From Negaprion brevirostris (Eukaryota), in contig JARDVH010000106.1 in NCBI GenBank assembly GCA_030324005.1, positions 42,622,077 through 42,686,076 of the forward strand: a stretch of DNA of 64,000 nucleotides. The letters are read 5' to 3'. The translations under genes and the position numbers were made by a program. Position 1 is the stretch's first letter; each line of letters begins with the position of its first letter. A model generated the notes under the pieces. The model had not been told where the DNA came from. It made no database searches and saw only the letters and a program-made list of their open reading frames with translations. Shown here one piece after another: positions 13,495 through 25,509 of the stretch.

Positions 13495-13825
13495 AGGAGG
13501 CAGTGGTGTAGTAATATTGTCGTTGAACTAGTATCCAGAAACCCAGGATAATCTCTGGAGACCTGGGTTCAAATCCCACCATGTCAGATAGTGGAATTTG
13601 AATTTAATAAAAATCTTGAAGTCTAATGATGACCATGAAAGCATTGTTGAATGTCATAAAAACCCATCAGGTTTGTTAGGTCCTTTAGGGAAGGAAATCT
13701 GTTATCCTCATCTAGTCTGGTCTAAATGTGACAATAGATCCACAGCAACGTGGTTGACGTTTAACTCCCTACAGGGTTGTACAATAAATGCAGGCTCGCA
13801 TTCCATGAATGAATAATAAAAAAAC
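13495..13825 (+). mobile_element. SINE (SacSINE/DeuSINE-like)
   Basis: gcagtggtgtagt...gggttcaaatcccacc head, ggaaggaaatctg core, catgaatgaat tail. Confidence 0.8.
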
Positions 13826-15629
13826 TCCCTATCATTCTGCACAGCAACGGGGAATAGTGATGACAGCAAAATGTGACAAACAAGTGTTCTGAGCCGAACT
13901 CTTGAAGTCAGAACTAAGGTATTTGCAAAACTACTTCAATTTTAAGCAGCAATAGAAAACACATAGAAAACACTTCAAGAACTCAGAGAAAACAGTAGCA
14001 ATCAATTAGCATCTCAACTGAAAGATCCCTTTAAATCCTGTTGCTGAATGCATGTTTAGCTGCACAAGGTTATAAAAGGGTATTAGCTGTAGCAGTCAAA
14101 ATTGGCATTGCTGGCATCAGATCAGTTATACACTGACCAACATCACATTCTATCTACTCTGTATACCTTCAGAGTGTGCATCTCATGCTGTCACCAAAAT
14201 GGCATTCAGTTCAGCCCACTTCAGGGGTAGGATTATCCAGCTCTTCCCGGCTGCNNNNNNNNNNNNNNNNNNNNNNNNNNNNNNNNNNNNNNNNNNNNNN
14301 NNNNNNNNNNNNNNNNNNNNNNNNNNNNNNNNNNNNNNNNNNNNNNNNNNNNNNCCCGGCTGCGGAATCTTCCAGTCCTGCAGAATCACCCGAGATACGT
14401 GAGCCACATGAAGTACTATAGATTTTGGCGGGACCAGAAGATCCTGCTGCTGGAAAACATGCTGGGGGCGGTGGGGGTAGATTTAGGAAATCCCAACTTC
14501 TTATCATAATTTGAACCTAAAACGGCACCCATATCACTAAAAATGCAAGTGCTATTAGCAGCCTTGTTGTCTCATGCACTAGGAAATCACAACAAATTGC
14601 TAACTTATTTTGTTAACATTTGACTGTACATTTTTCTTTAATTCAGGAGAACATCACCAATTTCATTTTCTCCACCATTGGCAAGTGGTGACAAGATGAC
14701 AAGGCCCTCAGCTCTGGAATTCCCTAAACCAGTCCAGTTCTCTACCTCTCTTTCATTCTTAAGGTGCATCATAAAACCTAGTTCTTTAACTAAGTTCTTA
14801 GTCATCTCTCCCAATGTATTGTCATGTGCTTGGTATTGTATTGTTTGATCACTTTCCTGTGAAACACCTTGGGAATTTTCACATTGTTATTGAGGTTGTT
14901 GTGCAAAACTGTTGTACAAAGTTGTTGTTCTCACTGTTGACACCACCATCATCATCTACTTTTATGGTCCAGAATGTTTTCAAACATCCATGAGCTCAAA
15001 TGAAATGCCTTGTTCCCATTTTGGCCTTCAGGTTTGACCAGCAAAAAGTACCATTGATCACCAGAGAATGTACAATTGACCACAGTACTGAGATTATGAT
15101 CAACTACAATATCCACTCTCATCATAACAGGCAAGAGTAAAAGTTTTGAGTTAGGCTATCTGTTTAATTCTTCCACAACTTTTTCTGTTCATTATCACCA
15201 AAACATGCACTTCTCGTGTATTTTTTCCACCTGAAGCACTGATCTCTCATTCAAATGCACAGACTTGCACACATCTGATTTTATCTTCCAGCATCAGGTG
15301 TAGGCCTCACATTTCTCTATCATACTGTTCACTACTCAAATTTCACCCTTCAAAGATATCTGGCTTCTTTTCTCCATGATCAACTGTACCCTTAACCCCT
15401 CTCCCTGACCTCTTAATCCATAACTCAGCCCTCTCTAACCATTCCTAAATAGCCTTACACCATGCCTTTTCATCCACCATTGATGGCCATACATCTAGCT
15501 TAGTAGCCTGAAATTACTTTGACTCAGCTTAACTGCCTCTCTACCACCTTTTTATTTTATTAATTTGTGGGACATAGGTGTCACTGGCTGGCCAGCATTT
15601 ACTACCCATCCCTAGAGGGCAGCTGAGAC

Positions 15630-15985
15630 AGCAAAGGAGAGATTCTTCCTGCTTAGAAAGGATAGCAGGACTAGAGGACACAGCCTCAAGATAAGGGAGG
15701 GGGGGGCAGTTTAGATCAGAGTTGAGGAGGAACTTCTTCACTCAAAGGGTGGTGAACCTCTGAAATTCTCTGCCAGTTGAAGTGGTGGAGGCTACCTCAC
15801 TAAATATGTTTAAGACACGAGTAGATAGGTTTCTGATAGACAAGAGAATTAAGGGTTATGGGGAGAAAGCAGGAAAGTGGAACTGATCCACTTCAGATCA
15901 GCCATGATCTTATTGAATGGCGGGGCAGGCTCGGAGTGCTAGATGGCCTACTCCTGCTCCTATTTCTTATGTTCTTATGTTCTTA
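15630..15985 (+). mobile_element. CR1 3' end
   Basis: RTRGHSL-like remnant, ggcctactcctgctcctatttc and (ttatgttc)n tail. Confidence 0.85.
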
Positions 15986-16082
15986 ACTCCTCACTCACCT
16001 GAAGAAGGAGCGACGCTCCGAAAGCTAGTGTTACCAAATGAATCTGTTGGACTTTAACCTGTTGTTGTGAGACTTCTTACTG
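15986..16082 (+). mobile_element. Penelope-like pLTR fragment
   Basis: ctcacctgaagaagg...ggactttaacctgttgttgtgagacttcttac matches the other PLE termini in the window. Confidence 0.8.
15996..16030 (+). ncRNA. Minimal hammerhead ribozyme (PLE type)
   Basis: CAC CUGAAGA A GGAGC GAC GCUCC GAA AGCU A GUG: intact CUGANGA and GAAA cores, paired stem II, palindromic AGCU stem III. Confidence 0.75.
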
Positions 16083-17700
16083 GGGAACGAGAGGCAGGCC
16101 ATTCAGGGAAGACGCTAGGAAGCATTTCTTTACGCAAGTGGTGGTAAAAGTCTGGACTGTCTCCCAACAACAGTTAATACGTTTACAATTTTTAATTTTA
16201 AATCTGAGATTGATCAATCTTTCCAGCCAAGGGTCTTAGAGCACATACAGCCAAGCCAGGTGAATGAAGTTAGGAAGTAAGTGGGACAGATTTAAAGAGC
16301 TGTTCTCATGATCCATAATCCACTAGTACTTTATTCCTCCACATTCATTGACAAAAATGAGCATTTTTATTTCATTTATTCAAACGTTTGTACTATTCTA
16401 CACTAATTAGAAAAAGAGAAATGAAAATAGACGCAAAAGGCAATTAATCAAAATAACAAACTCCAGATAACAAAAGACACAGACAATTGTAACAAAGTTT
16501 AAGGTAACTACTTCAGAAACTCATGGAATTTTGTGAATTCATTTGTAGAAGTTGTCGGAAAACATAATAAATTATACTATGCAATGTGCTATGATAAAGT
16601 GATTCTTTTTCACTTCAGCTACCAAGTGTTTAATTTTCTTAAATTAGACAATGGATCTCTTGCTTAACAAACTTTAAAAACTGCACATTGTATTATTTAA
16701 ATGAGGGCTTGAAACAATCATATTTATTATAAGTTCTATACAGTTATAAAACATTTTTCTGCATTAAAATGTCAAATAAACTATTAGTCAACTAATGATT
16801 TCTTTTATTTATGCTGAATAATACTGCTGCTTAAATCATTTATTCTCCAGTTAAACACTTACCAGACAGAAACAGCAAGTAAATGGCAGAAGCATTCAAT
16901 ATCTTCATCACAGCTATTAACCAAAACATCATATAAAGACTGATTCTAGCAAAGATTTATTTCAACAGTCATCCAAACAGCTTAACAATGACACACCCAG
17001 GAAGTTACTGCATNNNNNNNNNNNNNNNNNNNNNNNNNNNNNNNNNNNNNNNNNNNNNNNNNNNNNNNNNNNNNNNNNNNNNNNNNNNNNNNNNNNNNNN
17101 NNNNNNNNNNNNNNNNNNNNNNNNNNNNNNNNNNNNNNNNNNNNNNNNNNNNNNNNNNNNNNNNNNNNNNNNNNNNNNNNNNNNNNNNNNNNNNNNNNNN
17201 NNNNNNNNNNNNNNNNNNNNNNNNNNNNNNNNNNNNNNNNNNNNNNNNNNNNNNNNNNNNNNNNNNNNNNNNNNNNNNNNNNNNNNNNNNNNNNNNNNNN
17301 NNNNNNNNNNNNNNNNNNNNNNNNNNNNNNNNNNNNNNNNNNNNNNNNNNNNNNNNNNNNNNNNNNNNNNNNNNNNNNNNNNNNNNNNNNNNNNNNNNNN
17401 NNNNNNNNNNNNNNNNNNNNNNNNNNNNNNNNNNNNNNNNNNNNNNNNNNNNNNNNNNNNNNNNNNNNNNNNNNNNNNNNNNNNNNNNNNNNNNNNNNNN
17501 NNNNNNNNNNNNNNNNNNNNNNNNNNNNNNNNNNNNNNNNNNNNNNNNNNNNNNNNNNNNNNNNNNNNNNNNNNNNNNNNNNNNNNNNNNNNNNNNNNNN
17601 NNNNNNNNNNNNNNNNNNNNNNNNNNNNNNNNNNNNNNNNNNNNNNNNNNNNNNNNNNNNNNNNNNNNNNNNNNNNNNNNNNNNNNNNNNNNNNNNNNNN

Positions 17701-17760
17701 TGGTGTTGTGAGACTTCTTACTGTGCTTATTCCAGTTCAACGCCGGCATCGCCACATCAT
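17701..17760 (+). mobile_element. Penelope-like terminus at a gap edge
   Basis: tggtgttgtgagacttcttactgtg...aacgccggcatcgccacatcat. Confidence 0.75.
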
Positions 17761-19921
17761 GGCTCTCGTTCCCCAGCCAGTTTATCTCGATCTAACCTAT
17801 CAATTACTTTCAAAGTCCTAAATACCTCAATCAAATCGTTCCTTAACGTTCTATAATCCAGGGAATACAAGGCAATTTAATGTAATCCTGATCACATCCT
17901 GACTGAATCAATGTTGAACCCTTCCAGTATAAGATGTGGTGCCCAGAACTCCAAATGGTATTTCACACTCTGTATGGCAGTAGAAAAACTGTTGGAAGAG
18001 AATTTCTGTTTAGTTTCAAACTCTATTGTGGTGAAAGTTAATAGACTCTAGGCTAGTGATTCTTAAACATACTTTGCAAACTCAGATTTGGCTATCAAGT
18101 GCTTACCATGCTACATTTCCAGCTAAACATTTATCAATCATGAACTGTTACAACACCTTACCTTTACAAGTAATCAATATTCACCAAAACAATAAGATCA
18201 AATTTCCATAATTAAACATGTAATTCTAAACCTGACTAACCATAATGGACCACAACAGAATCCAATTTATATAGTCACTGTAGTAAGGCATTAAGTTGGT
18301 AAAATAACCATGTGTAGAAACAGGTTAAGTGTACTGTCCCTTTTTTTGGTGATTAAATAGTTAAATCAGTCATCTACTCAGCATGCTGACAAATAACCAT
18401 TGCTCAGCTATGTGGTCACTGCATGTATCAACACAAGATAATACTTGATAAAAGACATTGGACATAAGCCATATGCTAAATTTTGTTGCCAGAATGTGTC
18501 CTAAGGAATTGAAAAAAATTAATTCTTGTGTAGGAGAGTTCAGGGATTAGATTTCATGTTAAGTGGCAAAATATACCCACTCAGAAGTTCAGCTGCTCAC
18601 TGCACCAAATTCTTTGGATTGGTGTAAACGTTCTTTAATTAACTTGCCACTGGTGGGCATTTACAACACCAAGGCCAGAATTTTATATCAAGCCCCACCA
18701 TCCTAAAAATTCAGACCCAATGGAGCACCTAGCAAACCCATCAGTCAAAACAGCTGCACTTATGCCTGGTCCATGGGATAACTGGGATCTTCCACAGAAA
18801 GATTATCATTCAACCCCCTTTTGCAAATGAACTACCTCAAATATTTAAAAAATCCTTGCGAGGAATGTTAAACACCAGGCCATAGTGCTAAGTCTGAAGC
18901 CCCAGATGGGGTTCCCTTCTGTATTTTTGGAAAACTTGTGATGATAAGTCAAATAAATGTGAGAAATTGAATGCATCAATTGCTCCCCTCTTACATGTTA
19001 ATATTCCTGTAAGGGTAGACAGAATCTTTGCCTCTTATAAGGCCAGAGGCCACATTTTTAGCCTCGCTGGTAGTTACACTTGAGTTAGAGTGGGAGGGTG
19101 CCAAAAAGGCCATAAATCTTATTCCCATTGCTTCCTTGTTTTGCATTTATTCAAGTGCCCAATTCCTGAAAATTAAGCAAAGGTTTTTTGATCACTATGA
19201 TGAAATACTTTAGCTTTCAAAGCTGTTGAATTAATCAGAGTTGGCAGCTGGAAGGGTTTAATTGACAGTATCCTCACATGGGCGCAGCTTAACCCAATTG
19301 ACATGAACAAAAATGCCCACAGAGATGGGAAATGCAGCCTAATTGGACTCTCAAGTTGTTCTTTTGACCACTCAGAAGGTGGCTGAGCCATTGTGATGCA
19401 GCCATTGTCCAAATGGCATGGCTGTGGAAATCTTCAGGCTCACCTCCAGGTGGCTTAGCTCCTGCCACATAGCTAACGTCCCAGCCTGAGCTCAATGGAC
19501 CTGGCAAATTCATCCCAATATCAGGACAGTGTTCTGGTAGGCACTCTAAGGTGTTCCTACAAAATGTTGAATACATTCAAAAGTTTTAGGACACTTAGAT
19601 ACCACTTCCCCAGAGATTTGGGTGTTCAGCCCCAGTGGACCAGGAGGAGAGTCCTTGTGGAAAATCACCATATTATGAAAAATAACAAGCCACATGGGCT
19701 GCAGTTGCACCACTCCTCTTTGGGAGAACACCCATTAGCCACAGTTAAATAAAGCACTCCACCTACAGTGAGTTCTGAATTACAGAGGAGGATGTGGATA
19801 AAAAGCTGATCGACACCAATGCAAATTCTGTATGCTGAATCCCAGTTTATTCTTTTTTATTTTTGATCTACAAGGGAGCCAAGNNNNNNNNNNGGTCAAT
19901 TCTGTTCCATTTTCATCAATG

Positions 19922-20041
19922 CCGACCACATCCACATCACCTCCATCAACACCGACCACATGAGCACCAGCTCCAGCAGCTCCGTCCACATCTGCGCCAA
20001 CTCCAACAGTCCCAACTACATCCGCCACCTCCACCGTGTCA
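19922..20041 (+). repeat. Degenerate 30-bp tandem repeat (4 units) with a mucin-like Pro/Thr/Ser frame
   Basis: Units start ccgaccacat, ccgaccacat, ccgtccacat and ccaactacat at 30-nt spacing, encoding PTTSTSPPST, PTT*APAPAA, PSTSAPTPTV and PTTSATSTVS. Confidence 0.7.
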
Positions 20042-20094
20042 CAAATACGACCCTACAATTGTAAATGGTTTTAGTGAAAACGCACCTAGATAAT

Positions 20095-21225
20095 AGGGAC
20101 AATTTTACCATTGAGCCGAAACAGTGGTAAAGTAGGCCGTAAAACGCTGAGCGTGATCAGCGCCAGTTTTCGTGGCCAGTGCCTTTTTACAAGTGCTGGG
20201 TATCCAGCACGGTCAACCTCTCACCGGCAATGAGCAAGAGGCAAGCTAATATATCCAAGTTCATTAAAATGGGCATTTATATCTGCTTACTGAACCCAGT
20301 GCTCAATCATCTGACTCAATACCACTTTATGACCTCGCCAGTGAAGGTTCATGCTGGTGAGGAATAGACATGCTCTCCATGAACGCGGAGCAGTTGACTT
20401 GGGCTCGCCAGTGGAACAGGAGGTAATTGAGGCCCCCCCCCACCCCTTAAGGCCATGGGGNNNNNNNNNNNNNNNNNNNNNNNNNNNNNNNNNNNNNNNN
20501 NNNNNNNNNNNNNNNNNNNNNNNNNNNNNNNNNNNNNNNNNNNNNNNNNNNNNNNNNNNNGAGGCCCCCCCCCCCCCCTTCAGGCCATGGGGAAGGCAGG
20601 GTGCCCTGTGGGTAGGGCCAGACTGGCAGTGTCACCCTGGAACCTGGGCAATGCCCACCAGGCAGTGCCAGGGGCTTGGCTAATGATGGAGGGGCCATGG
20701 GGGGCAGGAACTGCTGCCACCCTGCAGGATTGGTGGGGGGGAGGAAGGAGAGGGGACCCGCTGCCACTCTGCAGCAATCGGTGAATGAAGGGCAGTGGCT
20801 TCATGATTGGTGGGGTGAGGGTGGTGGGTCTGCAATCGGCAGGGGAGGGAGTTGCGCGATCAGTCTGGGTTGTGGGAGGGGGGTTGGCGAGGGCTGTATC
20901 TTGGGCTGTGAGCCCCCTAGATTTCAGGAGAGGTAGCTGCTTCAGGCAACCTGCAATAGCTGGGGCCTGACAGTTCTCTCTTGTCTATCAGACTCCTGCT
21001 ACTACTAATGTACATGTGGACAATCTCCCTTTGCATGTGCCTTTGGGTGCATTAAGCCCTGCCCACCAGCTTCCGCAGGATGAATCTGAAGTGCTTTCTC
21101 CGGCTGTTCAGACCCGCAGGATTCTCTATCTCACTGCAGTGAACAGAGATTCAGCTGAGCGCCAAATTCTCCATCCTCGCTTGCAGCGATGGAGGGGTGT
21201 GAACAGCTAGGAATTTCCAGCCAGT
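20095..21225. mobile_element. GC-rich non-autonomous DNA-transposon-like repeat
   Basis: Abrupt GC/CpG-rich block in AT-rich flanks with no coherent ORF. Family assignment uncertain. Confidence 0.4.
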
Positions 21226-21234
21226 TTGTTATTT

Positions 21235-21695
21235 GAATTGTGAGAAGTAGCAGAATTCTTCAGTACTGAAAGATCTGGGTGTCCAAGTACTTGGATCATA
21301 AAATTTTAGTTTGCAAGTACAGCAAGTGCTGAGAAAAGCAAGAATATCCTGAGGGGACTTGACAGAGTGCATGTTGAGATGATGGTTCCCCTGATGGGAG
21401 AGACTAAGACAAGGGTCATTCCAGTTAAATTTCCAGAAAATTCTTTCTCTCAGTGAGCTGTTTAGTCTGTGGAGCTCTCTTCCCCAGAGAGCAGTGGAGG
21501 CAGAGTCATTGCATATTTTCAAGGTTGAGGATTAGATTCTTTATTGACAAGGGAGTCAATAGGTATAGTGGGCAGACAGAAAAGTAGAGCTGAGGCGACA
21601 ATGAAATCAACCATGACCTTATCAAATGGCAGAGCAGGTTCCATGGGATGAATGGCCAACTCTTGCTTCTACTTTGTATCTTTATATGTTTGTAT
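21235..21695 (+). mobile_element. Degraded CR1 3' fragment
   Basis: DLGV remnant, ctgtggagctctcttccccagagagcagtggaggc and a typical 3' tail. Confidence 0.75.
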
Positions 21696-22846
21696 GTATA
21701 ATGTGATCACAACAAAAGGAGGAATCAGCTATGCAAAGCAAAGTTGAAGGTTGTCTCATATTAATAGCTTAGTACACAGAATTTAAGGCAATTGGACAAT
21801 GGAAAGCTCAACAAAGGTGTATGATTAGACTTCTAAAAAGTGGTTGACAGTTCCACACAAAAGACAATAGATGGAACTTTCCAGGTCCTCCCAACATGGC
21901 GGGCTTAATGACAACAGTGTAAAAATAACAGCGGGACTTTGCACTCTCACCTGATCTGTAAGAGACCAGCATGAAACAGGCTTGTATCCCAGAAGGCCCA
22001 ACAGGAATCTTAATCTGCCATCTATTGGATTGTCTGCACTGCCAGTGGGATATCACGCTGGTCAGGAACATATTCGGACTGTGGCTAACATACGTTGGAC
22101 TTACCCCAGGCCTTTTGGCAGCTAAGATGTAACTGGGTTCAAACAGTGCACTAAATTCATAATTACTAACGTAGAGCCTCAATGGTGCTGAGAATCTAAT
22201 TTCACATTTGTGGAATATCACAATTTTCCATTAAGATTTTTAAAAAATACATTTTTACTTTATTTTAGAAGCTCATTATGATATCTCAGCTTTTGCCTTA
22301 AGTCCAGGTGTGTGTCCCAATTATTTATTTCACTTCCTGTAAACTTGTTGATTAAAAATGAAGAATTCAATGGCTTTCACTTCCTTGTGAAAATGTTCCA
22401 AATTGCCTACTTACCATGCCTAGTGACTTCAATGTTACTGGATACATGGAGATCCCCATTAATTGACATCATGAGAAGGGGAAAACCTTGCCAGGGCGAT
22501 CATTAAATGTTTATGGACAATTTCTTCAAAGTCACAGATGAGAGCCATCGCTTTCCTGCTTGCAAAATCTAGGTAATTATATTCCAATTTAAGGTTTTAG
22601 CATCTGACACATTTATTTCATGACTACAAATCAATTGGGCAGGCTGTCAGCAGCAATGATGAAATGAGTATACTATTAGTTCCCAGTTACACCTCATTCA
22701 ACAAGGTGTAACTTTTCAATGTTTTTTTAAAGTGAAACTTGTAGTACAAAGTTCTTAAGTTCAAGTCTGTTCATTGATTTCTTCTTGATGGCAGTCTGGG
22801 GGCAGGTGGGGAAGCCTTCAACAACACATCCTGTGGGGAAGTATTG

Positions 22847-23005
22847 ACAGTAAGAAGCCTCACAACACCAGGTTAAACAGCAGTAGGTTTAATTGGTAGC
22901 ACAATTTTGGCTTATGATCCCAAATAAACCAGTTGGACTTTAAGCTGATGTTGTGAGACTTCTTACTGTTCTTACCCCAGTCCAACACTTGCATCTCCAC
23001 ATCAT
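22847..23005. mobile_element. Very short palindromic Penelope-like insertion
   Basis: acagtaagaagcctcacaacaccaggttaaa is inverted against tttaagctgatgttgtgagacttcttactgt, followed by the usual ...ctccacatcat end. Confidence 0.75.
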
Positions 23006-23379
23006 GGAAAATATTGAGTCAGTGACAGCAATTTCTGCCTTGCTGCATTTAACTGCACATGTGCAGACTTCAGAGCCATTGTCATTTTCGGAGAAGAGCT
23101 GAATAATCAGTGTGCATGCTGACAGTTTTGGTTGCAATATGATTATCAAATTCTGACCATTAGAAAACCAGGAGTGCCAATGGAGTTAGAGGAGGCAGTT
23201 CAGCAATCACAGAATGAGTCGGGTGGTATTTGTAAGTGGGGAAAGAATCAGCAGATGAACGAAAATGAAAATAAGGAAAACAAATAAGAAAAAAAATGTA
23301 CTGACTGAATGTTGCAATGTACTCATGGACAAAGCTAAAAGGGAACTTGGAACCTTACTGGACTTGTCTCTCAACAGTT

Positions 23380-23940
23380 CTAAAGAATGCAAAATGGAAA
23401 TCAACAAAATCAATTGAATAAAAAACCAAAAAGCTAAGTAGTTAAGGAAAACATGACCATATTGTATCATGCTTCTGACTGACCACATATTAGGTACAGC
23501 AGCCACTTAGGATTGTTGATGCAAAATAGTGGCCTTCAATCATTAAAAGGCAGTGCAAAATAGGATCATGACCACAATTGTTAAAGAACTGACATATAAG
23601 GAAAGGTCAGATGGACTGCGGCTTTTCAGCCTATAAAAGGAGACTTATAATAAGTGATCTGAAAGACATGGACAATTAACAAAATTAAAATGGTAAATCC
23701 AAGTATCGCTTTAAATAAAATTAACAGAGTACAGAAGGAGACACATTCAGACTAGCAAAAGTTCAATTTAGAACTGATGTCAAGAAATACTTCTTCATGC
23801 AAATAAGTATATCAAATAATAAGAACAATAGAGGGGAAATCTTAGAATCTTTAAGAAATAATTAGAAACTGAAATGGGAGCACTTTCGGATTTCTATGGA
23901 TGGATGAAATTGATTGGGATAATAGTTTTGCTCATTTGTC
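23380..23940 (+). mobile_element. Old CR1 3' remnant
   Basis: Degenerate RPHLEY-like, LFSLEKRRL-like and FFxQRV-like remnants. Confidence 0.5.
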
Positions 23941-25509
23941 ATTACGTTGTGCTCTCTCTGTGCTGCAGAGAGAATATTAAGATAGGATCTGGAATGATCC
24001 ACATGCTTCCTGGTTGCCAGTCAACAGTAGCTTGGCAACAGGCTATCTAACCTATCCTTTTGGACAATAAGAAATACATTAATGGTCACATGGTATAGCA
24101 ACATTGTAAATAACATTTTCTAGGAATATTAAACAGATGCAATTTTGGCAAATGGAAGAAAAATGAGTGCCAGAAGAGACCCAAAGAGGCTAAGTTTTAC
24201 TCTTTTGAATTTTCTTCTAGGGTGAGCAAGAAAGCACTTTTGGACTTCACAAGAAAAGCTCAGTCTGGCTTTCCTAGGCCAATAGATAAACTCTCCCTTG
24301 TCTGTGATGAGGGGTAGGAGCCATTCTTTGCTCCATTGCTCCTGCCACATAACATTGCATTGCCCCATTACCAGACTGAAACCTGGCATTAAAACCTCCC
24401 AGGCCTCACGTTGCCAAGGTTGAAACAGTTTGTCACCTATCTAATTCTAGTCACACACATAAAGCTGCTATTCTCAGTTAAAATCAGGTCTTGTATATAA
24501 CAATTGAAAATTACTTTGCCTCAGGTTTTACCAGGTAGACTAATAATCTGGACGTGATGTCAAAAAAGTTACCAAGGCATTTAAGCTAGATAAGGAGATA
24601 GATACTATAGACAAACTTAGCAAGGATAAAATCTGCTCTGCACATACTTCTATATGTGAAAATATACATTTTATTGGGAAGGGAATTGTGTCAGAGGGCT
24701 AGGGGGCAGCTAAAATTATTTTATATTCAAAAAAGGGGAGAGTTAAGTATGAGGAATGGAAGTTTAATGCCAATGGTAGCAAAAATATTAGGATCTATTC
24801 TAATAGATGGAATAGAAAAACATCCAGAAATCAAAATAGCCAGCCCAGATTTCAAAAGATTAGACCATGCTTGACCAATCTTACTAAACCCTTTGAAGAA
24901 GTAACAGAATGGGACTAAAGGAACACTGCAATGTTTGGAATACATACACGCGTTCAATGAGGGTTCATTGGACACTTGACTGAGGGAGTCAGGCAAAAGT
25001 ATAGAATGCATTACAAGTCAGCTACAAAACAGAGAACAGAGTCCAGAGTATGAGAAAAAAACAGGTCATTTTATGAAAAATAAAAATTCAATGCAGTCAA
25101 AACTTGCAAGAATATATCAAATATTACATGAAACGTGATGGCCCCAAGTTTCAACATGGTGAGTAACCATGAAACTAGTGTAATAATGTTGAGTTTAGAT
25201 ATTTGTTTTTGTACCCAGAGAAGAATGCACTTCATACAGTTTGAGCGTATGCAGTGCATCTATGTTCTAAGAATATATCTGATGATTATTTTTCTTTAAC
25301 TTCTACTGTTATCTCTGTAGTCTCTCAAGAATCTATCCTTTCCCCTTCTTAATTAGTTGACTTCACTGTTCTTTTTTTTAATAAATTGAACAAACATTAA
25401 AGTAGGAAATGTTTTTCAGACCAGCCTCTGAGCTGTCTCCCTCTCGCTGCTTATTAACTTTCTACATTTAATGGAGCATGTAAGGAAAACCTGTGTAATC
25501 AGAAATCTG

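Noticed and set aside
19780-20034. Minus-strand Val/Gly/Ala/Asp-rich ORF
   Set aside because: It is the antisense reading of the 30-bp Pro/Thr/Ser repeat and has no independent support.
22269-22307. 39-nt exon-like segment with a strong acceptor (AHYDISAFALSP)
   Set aside because: No recognisable peptide and it cannot be linked to other exons.
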